DNA from: Sphaerodactylus townsendi
Lineage: Eukaryota
Assembly: GCF_021028975.2 (NCBI RefSeq)
Contig: NC_059433.1
Coordinates: 46,252,001 to 46,316,000, forward strand
Length of the DNA: 64,000 nt
Direction: 5' to 3'
Shown here: piece by piece, positions 1 to 11,200 of the stretch
How positions within the stretch are numbered: the stretch's first letter is position 1
How the letters are laid out: each line of letters starts with the position of its first letter
Translations under genes and position numbers: made by a program
The notes under the pieces: model-generated
Database searches by the model: none
What the model saw: the letters and a program-made list of their open reading frames with translations, nothing else
What the model was told of the DNA's origin: nothing

Positions 1-51
1 CTAGTCCATGTTTATGTAGAAATAGATCCCACTGGATTCAAGAAGACTCGA

Positions 52-318
52 TGGTGATGGAAAGGGTCATCAAGGAGCAGTCAACTTATAGCAGCCCCTT
101 GGGGCTTTCAAGGCAAGAGACAAACAGTGGTGGTTTGCCATTGCCTGCCTCTACATAGCAACTCTGGACTTCCTTAGTGGTCTTCTATCCAAGTACTAAC
201 TACTAACCAATGTTGGTCTTTGACTGAAATAAATAATAATAATACTAACCAATGCTAATCCTACTAAGTTTCTGAGTTCTAATGAGATCAGGCTAGTTTG
301 GGCCACCCCGGTCAGGGC
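52..318 (-). mobile_element. 5S rRNA-derived SINE (degenerate)
   Basis: reverse-complement copy with small internal insertion. Confidence 0.6.
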
Positions 319-1200
319 TTCAATAATACTTACTCCTAAGAAAATTTTTACCATGTCTTTCCTCCAAGAAAAAGGAGAATGTCTTTCTCCTTTACTCTCA
401 TTTTATCCTCACAATAACCCTGTGAGGTAGAACATGCTGAGAGAAAGTGACTGCCTGAAGATCACTCAGTGTTTGTCATGACTGAGGAGGATTCCCACCA
501 TGAGACCTCACCCAACACACTAACCTCTAAACAACACCAGCTGTAAATGTGCTATTCGGCTGCAGTTTAAGAAAATGAGAAGTGAACCAGGAGGCCCCTG
601 ATTCACATTTAACCACAGATTTACTAGCTGGACTTGGGTATCCCTTGGCCTCCTCATTCCCCCATTTGCAATGGGAGGATAACAATATCAGCCAGCTTTA
701 CAGGGCTGCTACGGGAATTACAAGAAATGGTTTGTACAAGGATACGTTGCCTAAAGTGTCATTATCATTCTTTCACACATCAACAAGAACAACAAGGACA
801 TAAGACAGATGTATATGTTTCTACTTATGTAAAATCCAATAACCATTTTACAAATGGTGGTGTTGAGTTGGCATAATGGTGGTGACTAAATGGTGGTGTT
901 GGCTAAATGAGTTGGCTAAATGGTGGTGTTGAGTTGGCATATTAAAAGGCCTGTTTTGGGTAATGTGGTCATTTGGTGCAGGGTGGCACCACATCATTGC
1001 ACAGTTCCATTGTCATTTTCAGTCTTCTCCTTGCATTTACACTGGAGCAGATCAACATCAACTGGCAGTAAGTCTATTTTACATGGTAGGGTTTAAATGA
1101 ATAAACACAGACAGGACTGGGCACAGTAAAGTAGAAGAGAAAATGTAAAAATATTTTTCTGGTCGTTTCAACTATAATAGTGTTCACACAGATATCACTT

Positions 1201-1395
1201 CAGAGGGCTAGCCATTTTAGCTTGAGTTCTGTGGCACCTTGAAGACGAACAAAAATATTTCTAGCATACCCTTTCATGAACTACTATAGATCACTCTATC
1301 AAAGCATCTGAAGAAATGGGCTGCCATCCATGAAGGCTTATGCGGGAATAAAATTGTTGTTAGTGTTTAAAAGAACACAAGGCTCCTGTTTATTT
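1201..1395. mobile_element. old Penelope-derived palindromic repeat with decayed hammerhead core
   Basis: GCAT-CTGAAGA-ATGG..CCAT-GAAG-GCTT-ATGC; related fragments ~29860-29990, ~51380-51450, ~58730-58840. Confidence 0.5.
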
Positions 1396-2203
1396 CATAC
1401 AGACAATGATTCAGAAACAAGAAATTTAAAATGTCAGGTCAAAACACTCTTATCTACAGTTTCAGAGGGCCTGTAAGACAGAGTTATTCCACCAGGCATA
1501 TGGTTGAAGCAGCTATGATTGTTCATCCAGGCTTCTACCTCCCTTCCCCTACCTCGCCTTCCCCCTTTCCCTTTCCTCCTTCCCCTTCTTTTTCCCCTTT
1601 CATTTTCCTTCTCCTCCCTCAGATGGGTTCCAAGGAGTTAAGTGCCACCTTGGAATGAAATGGTTAGGTAAGTTTTAAATTGTTATGGGTTTTAATTGTT
1701 GGAGTTGAATTTATAGTTGGAATTTATGACTGGAAATGTATTTTAACTGCTATATGGGTTTGGCTGAAATGCTGGAAACTGACCTGAGCCTGTATGGGGA
1801 GGGATAGTATAGAAATATAATAAAATAATAAAAGAAAAGTAAATAATATTTTGCCAAGTATTTTCAGGGAGTCTCTTTTTACGTTGCAATTTCTTCAGTG
1901 TGTCTTACAGTTGCCTCTGAGATGAAGCTTTTATTCCCAAAGGCACTGACATTATTTTAATAAACACAGCATGAGGTACTTACCTGGATTTTTTCTTCTA
2001 TTCATTACATCTCTTGATTTTTCCTTCTCAATAGGCAACTACTGAGCAGAAAATATCACGGACCATAATGATCAAGGAAAAGACTTGTTCCGCACCATTT
2101 AGTGAACTTCACCAGGTTACAGGTTACAGTTATTTTCAAGATGTGACCTATGCAAGGGCCTTCCATAGCAAGGTCAGAGTTTGTTCAGAAATAACCTACC
2201 TAC

Positions 2204-2255
2204 CTGTGGGTCACAGAAAGGAAGGCACACTGCTGCTAGCAGAAGAATCAGCACT
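2204..2255 (-). CDS. TMEM241: TMEM241 coding exon 7
   Basis: cacacag|VLILLLAAVCLPFCDPQ|gtaggt, 52 nt. Confidence 0.92.
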
Positions 2256-5200
2256 CTGTGTGGGAAAAAGACCATGTGACTGCAGCTCAGAGCCATGTGA
2301 CTGCAGCTCAGAGCCATGTATTTTCAGAGGAGCGATATATTTCCATTTCACATGTTGACAGAGAACAGTCAAGGTCAAAGACATAAGAGGCAGCCACATT
2401 GCTGAAATGCTCCCTAGGCAAAGCGCTACATAAGACATGCATTACTGACACACACACCCTTTCTTACAACATCCCCATCTGCTTGTGTTGTTCTCCTTTC
2501 CGCTCCAACAGCTCCATTCCCTCCCAATGTCAACTGCGATGGTTTATTCCAGAGCTGGAGAACATACTAGAACCTTTTATTACCACAGTGTAAAGGAAAA
2601 TTGGGACCGGCAAACATTGCCTAGCACATATACTTGTGACAGGAAGCCAGACTTCAAGCAGAATTCCTTAAGCATACACATTTGAGAAATGTTGAGAAAC
2701 TTACCTACAGATTTTTAGCAAAGAGATTTGCTGCAAAAAACCCAAAACAAATTCTAATAAAAATGGTGGAACAAACTGAAAAGAACGTACATTATTATGC
2801 ATACAACTGTACTAGATCGTTTTAAATGTTTTAAATTCAAGATATTTAAATGTAATCTTAAAAATCTACAGCTTTCCTCTCAGGGAACATCCAGACCACT
2901 TTTCAGGATCAAACTAGACAAAACCTATGAATAGATCGCTGAAGTGGTATTCATTTGTAATAGCAGTTATTGTAGGGAGGGGACTAACATTTCAAAACTG
3001 TAGTATAGAGAATACGGTAACCTCCCCACAGCATTTTCCTAACAAACAGCCCCCCAGAACTGTTACAGGGCCTGTTGTGGAAATCCTACAAGCAGCATTA
3101 GGCAATCCATACATTCATCCCAATGAGACAAACAGCTGCTTCATGTGGCCATTTAGGTCAGGAAAACAACATGAAAGGAGGGTTAAACTTTCTCGAGTAC
3201 CACAGTCCCAATATGAGTCATGGCATCTGCAATTGCCACATTCCAGTTATTGTCAAGTAGGCTCTAGGCTAGCCTGATCTTGTCATATCTCAGAAGTTAA
3301 GCAGGGTTGGCCCCTGGCTATTATTTGGATGGGAGATCTCCAAACAATACCTGGATCGTGATGTGGAAGCAGACAATGGCAAACTACCTCTGAACGTCTC
3401 TTGCTATGAAAACTCCACCAGAGATTGCCATAAGTCAGATGCGACTTGACAGTAAAAAAACCCCCCAACCTCTAGTTTGACCCTCAATTAAGTGTTCCTG
3501 TATAGATGGCAAGTCCTTTCAAGAAAGCTAAGATAAGCCATTCTCAGCACAGAGAACCAAAATCTTGGTAACCTTCTTTGTGTGCTGGGAATGATCTACA
3601 CACAGTCTTCCTGATGCATGTATTTGTCATTTAGGTGAATCAGCTTTGGAATTCAAACAAAGGGTAGATGTTCATGCACACTAAAGCTGAAAAGATACAT
3701 ATTGCTCTATTCACACAAAATGATAAACATACTATTACAAGGATCATGTGTTGTGTACTCTCCTGGTATGCAAGGCAGGAATGCCAAAGGAGAAAGAATA
3801 CACACACATCTATTTATTTATTTAAAATTGTCTAGACTGCATCTTCAGAGAACCTGATCAAAGCAACTTACAAAATAAAACATAGTAAAAACACAGCGGA
3901 GTAAAAGTTATTTGAAACCCAGTATTAAAATCCAGCCAGAGCATTAACATGTCATAGTACAATGAGCAGTTCTTTAAAAGTCTCATAAACAGTTTTCAGC
4001 TAAAAACAGACTATAAAATGTTAAAAGATTAATCGCTGAATTAAAAGCCTGATAGGCATGCCTTTTCAAAATGAGCAAGCCTGAAAATAATCCAGAAAAT
4101 AGATTATTCAGTAACTATGGTGAATTCCGCACAACATACATATAATATCTTTAGGACATTAAAAAAAATCTGTTTTGGCATTTTGTGCTCCCACGGCAGG
4201 GAGAACACAAGCACTGCCAGCAAAAGTTGTCCCTTTTTCCCCGCCTGCTGCACGGAGCTCTTGGCAGTTTCACAGTGCTGCCTGCCATCTTGTGTGCTGC
4301 ATAAGATTGTTTGCGAAGTTTCCCTGCAGATGTTTCCTCAGCTTGCATCCCATCCACATGCGATTTCCATGTAAAGAATAAAATGGATAAAGTTTGTTTT
4401 GTCTAGCAATCCTGCACACATGTTGTTTTTCCTTTTTTTGTTTTGAGAGGGATGTTTGTGAAGATACAGCGACACAAATATGCTCATATTGCAGCTTCTC
4501 TAATTGTGTTACAGTATCTTCGCAGATATCCCCCTCAAACCAAAAAGAAAAATGGCATATGTACAGGATTGCCGGGCAACACAAACTTTATTCATCTACT
4601 TTTCACAGTGAAAGTGCAAATGGATGAGCTGCAAGCAGAAGAAACCTCCATGGGGAATCTTTGAGGAGAATCTGCTACAACACACAAAATGGCAGGTGCA
4701 GAAATGAAAGGAAGACGTTTGGGTGGAATAAATACAGTGTTTCCTGACTGCTTGTATTCACTTAGCAGGCAAGAATTATCTTCAACCTGGGTTAGGGGAG
4801 AAAAGATAACTAGTTTTGCAATTTTTGAAAAACTTGGGTTGAGAGGAATATAATGGGCTGAACTGATTTTAGAGAAGAGCTGTGCGAAGTTCTTTCCCAA
4901 AATGCTTTTTATAACATCCTAAAGACATTATATTTGTGCTGTGCAAAATCCATCTATGAAAGCATAGTAGGCTGTTTACAAACTCCTTTTAGAGGCTGTT
5001 GCTTACATTCCAGGAAATTAGCATTACTGTACCTCTTTCTTCACAAGCATCTCGATTCCGCAGGTAATAATTTCTGAAGCATTATGCAAAGTAAGAAAAA
5101 TAGGGATTGGCTGTCAGGGAAGAAAATGTGACCAACAAGATTAGCACTGTTTATTTTCTACAGTATTCATCTCTCTATACCAATACTAGAAAGCAGAAAT

Positions 5201-8200
5201 TCCCAAACACACTAAAGAGGTTATGGCTCCATCTATCTTATGAATAGCTGTCACAGGGTTGGAGACATGAAATTTGTGGTGAAAAGTACAGAATTTGTCA
5301 CAGAAACACATGCGCTTAGAGCCATCCCTAGAAGCAGCAACACAATTGATATAGCCTAACACTGAAATGCATATCACTAGAACTGAAAACTTATGAAGCT
5401 ATTTCTTCTCCTGTTATTTATCATTTGAATCTCTTTTTTAATCCAATTCCTGCCAGTATAGTATTCTCTCTGCCCCAACAACCATGGGATGGTTCTCACT
5501 CCAAGCACAACAATAATTTATTAAAAGCTGGGTTTGTACATCTTGCTGAATGATTCAAGAAGAGTGTTAGCACTGGATGCAGAAACAACTGCACTTGGTT
5601 GACTAACTGCACTTGGTCATTGCTACCATCTTGCTTCAAGGTGGTGTACCAACAGAACAGGGGATGCTGACCCTACAACAGCAGCAGTAGCAAAAAAATA
5701 CACTATATGGATAAAGTGTCCACAGAGAGGATGCATTAATTGGCAGAATTCTGGGTGACTCCCTCATGCCTTTTATGAATATTACTATTTTTAGTGGGGT
5801 TTCAGTAAAGCTGTCCTAGTGTTAGCCCATCGCTACTCATAATCACTCACTGTCTGATTTAATAGGGTTTATTTTCAAATAAGCATACACAGACTTACTG
5901 CTTTAGTCCACCATAAGATAGTACAAGCTATTAGTAGAGCTAAGCAGATTTTAAAGGCTGGGATGCCCATATGTCATAAGAAAAGAAAAACAGGACAAAA
6001 ATTACATAATGTTGGGGAGCGTATTTCTTTTTTTACAAAAAATACCTTGGTTTATAAACATATTTAATTAACTGATTTTGGAAGGAATGCACCAATAAAT
6101 GACATAGTATGTCATGTACTGTATTTACTCTCATTTACTATCTGCTGGATCCAGATGCTGGAAAGGCATTGAAGGGCTTGCAATGAAATGCCATGCTGTA
6201 TATCACCAGAATCATCCATAATGCTCACACAGAAGATCTTGTACTCCTGTTTGATGCCTTCAAACTACTTGAGCTCTGGAATGTATACGATCCTCAGATC
6301 ATGAAAGTTTATGATTCCACCCATTAAACACAATGAGCATAGGGTTGGATCCCACGGGACTGCTCTGCTAGTGATGGCACTTTCTTCAAGCACACCTTTT
6401 GCCAATGAAAGAAAAATTTCTGCCAGTGGAAGGATTTATCCATTTTACAGATGGAAAACACTGATGCAGAGAGTCTTAGGCGACCCCCAGGTTGAGAACC
6501 ACTGCTTTAGGGAAACCTGAGTCTGAAGATCAGCTGTAATTCTAGGAGAATTCCAGATTCAACTCTGAGATTATTAACTCTCCCCACCAAAAACCATCCC
6601 CAGCAGATGCATTTGGAAAAGAAAAAAACTCTTTAAAAAGGATTACAGAAACCAATATAATGTATAGTTCTGCCATTCTCATTTGTTTTGTATAAAATAC
6701 TAATATAAAAAGGAACATTTTAGTAGGAATTAATTAGATCTAAAAGCACAGTAGCTATGTAAAGCTCTTCTGAAACATTTGAGAACTTGAAGGAAATCAT
6801 GTTGAGCGAGCAATGAAACAAGGCACGCAGTCAGAAGCTGTTGACCAGTTTTCCAAAAAACAAAGAAGAATTCCTAGCTCCACAACTGGGCAGTTTGCCA
6901 CTTCGGCTGCTGAGTGAGAAAGTTTTTTTTAAAGCTCGTCTAACATGGGCCTCTTGAAGTACAGCACAATAATAGGAAACACTACAAATAATGCTGTCCC
7001 AAGAAAGCTGACACCAGAATTTACATTCTTCTTTTTCTGCAGCCAAGTTCACACACACATATGCACACACCCCTTCCCTTCCCTTATGCTATTGACTCTT
7101 CTTCGAGCCAAGAGATATGTGTTCTGCTGCCAACAACGGCTCCAGATTGCCCAGCTCAGCTAACCTTCAGCAGATGTTCATTGTCTGTGATGATATTTTT
7201 CAGTGGCTTTGGTCTTTACTAAAGGAAGCTCAATATCTTCGGCCAGCCAGCAAAAGCAAGTTCCCATCACCCCCATTCCAACATTTTTCTAATGCATCTA
7301 AGCCAGAGCTAGAAATTCTTTCAATTCCAACTTTAGAGTCATATAAGGAGAAATGGGAATTGGATGTTTGCATCCATGACTATCAAACACATACAATATT
7401 CCTCGGATCTTGTGGCATTGACATTCAATGCTACCCTTAGGTCATTAATACCCTTGAGGCATAGAGTTTGAGGCAAGTGGCCTGAAAGAGACAACCAAGT
7501 AAGCTGAAAGGAATTTGAACTCAGATCATTCAATCTACATAATTCTTTGGCCCTTGTGTTTACATTCTTGCCTAATTATTTACAGAATAATGTCTTTGTC
7601 TTGGATCCCAAATTTAGGCTGCTTTCATGCGCATTGTATAACACACTCTCAATACGCTATAACAGTGGTGGCGAACCTATGGCATGAATGCCAGAGGTGG
7701 CACTCAGAGCCCTCTCTGTGGGCATGCACAAACAGAATTGCCCCCCCCACACACACACACATCTAGGTTGGCCTGGGCTGCTGGGCTTGATTATTAGCAT
7801 TAAACCTAAGACCTAGTTTTGGGGAGAATGTGTAGGTAACCCTGTTAAGCGCTGTTAAACCCCACTGATTTTCATGCGAAGAACAAAAGCGCAATCCTTT
7901 ACCTGGGAGTAAGCTCGGTTGCTGGCAATGGGGCTTGCTTCTGACTAAACCCTCCTAGGGTCATGATTCACATGTTGGAAGAGTTGCACAGGGGCTTCAA
8001 AGCAAAGCCACTGACTACCACCAAGCTTACTCCCGAGTAACGCATGCCTCACAGCCAGTGGCATTCCTGCCTAGGGACAGGGGGTACCCTCTGTCCCCGG
8101 GCGCCCCCATTTGGTCACGTGGGGGGCGCCAACATTTCAGGGTCGTTTGTGTGTTTTTAAAGTTTTTAAGTGTTTTTTCACGTTCCTGCCTGCAGGGGGC

Positions 8201-11200
8201 GCATTTTTAAGGCTAGCGGCACCAAAATTTCAGGGTACCATCCAGAGACTGTCCTGATGATACCACCCAAGTTTGGTGATGTTTGGTTCAGGGGAAGAAA
8301 AGTTATGGACCCCCAAAGGGGGTGCCCCCATCCCCATTGTTTTCAATGGGAGCTAACCTGAGATGGGGGCTACCCATTTGAGGGACCATAACTTTGGTCC
8401 CCCTGAACCTAACTTCACCAAACTTGGGTGGCATCATAAGAATAGTTAACAGATGATACCCTGAAAATCTGGTGCCACTAACTTTAAAAATACACCCCTT
8501 CCAGGCACCCCAAGAAATTTGCCCAAGATTCTTTGTTTTGCAGTGACTTTGCTCCATTGTAGCCAATGGGGAATTTCTGAGTGTGTAGGCAGGCTGCACA
8601 TTTTTGAAGATAGAGGCACCAGACTTTCAAGGTGGCTCCAGGAGGGCCTCCTGGTAATAGCATCCAAGTTTGGAGACCTTTGCTTCTGGGGGTTCAATTT
8701 TATGGCCCCTAAAAGGCTTATTTTGTTTCCCTGCTCCTGCACATGAAAGCCTGTGGGCTGAGTTCTCTCAGAACTTTCTCAACTCCCTCCCTCCGCCCAC
8801 TCCAGAAGCAAAGCTCACCAAGCTTGGATGCTATTACTCAAGGCCTCTTGGAGCCACCTTGAAAGTCTGGTGCCTCTATCTTCAAAAATGTGCAGCCAGC
8901 GCTTACACACTCAGACATTCCCCAGAATCTGCCAGGCTCTTCAGCAAGTTCTGTGGTGGGAAAAATTACTTTTCCCACCATAGACTTCAATGGGACTTTC
9001 TGTTATGCCCAGATGGCTCTGTGGTAGAGGTTTCAACAGGAGGCACTGTGGTAGGGATCTTGCTCTGGGTGGGGGCATTTCCTGTAGCTGCTGATGTGAG
9101 TCTCCTGAAAGGAACCAGCCAAATTTGCTAAAATGTGTGTGGAAGAGGAAAATGCTGTGGGCACTGAGTTGAAGGTGAACCTGATGCCCACAGCATTCGG
9201 CCATCACAGGCAAACTTTAGCAAAGTTGGCTGGTTCCTTTCAGGAGACTCACACAAGCAGCCCTGCAGGAAATAAGTGCAGGGGCACTTATTTCCTGCAG
9301 GGCTGCTCATGTGAGTCCAGAGAAAGACCACTACCACAGTGCCTCCTGTTGAAACCTCTACCACAGAGCTGGGCATAACAGAAAGCCCCATTGAAGTCTA
9401 TGGTGGGAAAAATATTTTTTCCCACCACAGAACTTGCTGAAAAGCCTGGCAGATTCTGGGGAATTTCTGAGTGTGTAAGCAGTGACCACACATTTTTGAA
9501 GATAGAGGCACCAGACTTTCAAGGTGGCTCCAGGAAGCCCTCCTGGTAATAGCATCCAGGCTTGTTGAGCTTTGCTTTTGGGAGTGGGTGGGGGCGCGAG
9601 CTGAGAAGTTCTGAGAGGAGAACTCAGCCACTTGAGCTTCATGTGCAGGAGCAGGGAAACAAAATAAGCCCTTTGGGGGCCCATAAAATTGGACCCTCAG
9701 AAGCAAAGGTCTCTAAGCCTGGATGCTATTATCAGGAGGCCCTCCTGGAGCCACCTTGAAAGTCTGGTGCCTCTATCTTCAAAAATGTGCAGTCTGCCTA
9801 CACACTCAGAAATTCCCCATTGGCTACAATGGAGCAAAGTCACTGCAAAACAAAGAATCTTGGGCAAATTTCTTGGGGTGCCTGGAAGGGGTGTATTTTT
9901 AAAGCTAGTGACACCAAAATTTCAGGGTATCATCTGGTCACTATTCTTATGATGCCACCCAAGTTTGGTGAAGTTAGGTTCAGGGGGACCAAAGTTATGG
10001 TCCCTCAAATGGGTAGCCCCCATCTCAGGTCAGCTCCCATTGAAAACAATGGGGATGGGGGCATTCCATTTGGGCGTCCATAACTTTTCTTCCCCTGAAC
10101 CAAACATCGCCAAACTCGGGTGGTATCATCAGGGCAGTCTCTGGATGATGCCCTGAAATCATGGTGCCGCTAGCCTTAAAAATGCGCTCCCTGCAGGCCG
10201 AAAAACACCAAAAATACCCCCCCAAAAAAGTCCAAATACCTTGCATTTGCATTTGTTCATATTTGGGCAGGACATAATCAGACAATTTTTGTCCGAATGT
10301 GCCCAAATTTGCCCAGATTCCAGCCGAATCTGCTATTTGTTTCATCTGAATCTCCAACCCTCAAAAGTGATGCTGTTTCAGGGTGGGGGAGAATCCGCTC
10401 CCAAACAGCATCACTTTCAATTTTGTTTTAACCGGGGACCCCAGATTCTCTTAAATCTAAAGGTAGATTTAAAAGAAGAATCTGAGCTCCCTAGTTTAAA
10501 CACCACTGAAAGTGATGCTGTTTGGGGGCGGATTCCACTGGAGGTGTTTTGTGAGAGATGATGGTGACATTTGTTTGGTAAATGTTTAGCTGGGGGTGAT
10601 TTGTGAGAGATTTACATGCTTAATACCCACTTGCACTGGCTTGGAGTTGTTTCTCAGGCTAACAACCTACCTCATAGGGTTGTTGTGATTAGGAAATTAG
10701 GAAAAGAGTTGGTGGGGAGAGAGCCATGTATGTTTTGCTGGGAGTGGGAGGTGTTTTGTGAGCTGGTACAAAAAATCATTGTTTGGTCATGGTGGGGGAG
10801 GGTGGCCACCAATATGCCGGGCCGGGGGGTGGGGGCCCCAAACTCAGGTTTTGTCCCTGGGCACCAGTTTGCCTAGGTACACCCCTGCTCAGAGCCAACC
10901 GTTTTTTCTAAACTAAAACCTCAGTATTCAGGTTAAATTGCCATGATGGCACTTTGCGATAAATAAGTGGGTTTGGGGTTGCAATTTGGGCACTCGGTCT
11001 CGAAAAGCTTCGCCATCACTGCGCTATAACAATTGTTCACAACTGGATTTCCCTGTATGAAACAGGAAAATCTAGTTGAAACAACTGCTACAATAAATTA
11101 AGAGTTTAGACAAGCTTCAGTTCACAATTCAACTGTTTAGCCATTGATTCACCATATTTCACCATTATTTACCAGATTTATCTCACATACAAGCAGAGCA

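Noticed and set aside
855-942. Short direct repeats TGGTGGTGTTGAGTTGGC resembling an array
   Set aside because: Local slippage duplications; no spacer structure, eukaryotic DNA, not CRISPR
1-2203. TMEM241 exon 8 (human F.PDGYFWA..HL)
   Set aside because: Not found here; presumably beyond the left edge
3262-3360. Possible 5S rRNA gene (also ~13570-13660)
   Set aside because: Diverged, 5'-incomplete, and fused to a SINE tail; these are 5S-derived SINEs
8170-10357. Cluster of 60-150 aa ORFs, several in mirror-image pairs
   Set aside because: By-products of the inverted repeat; no transposase or other recognisable motifs
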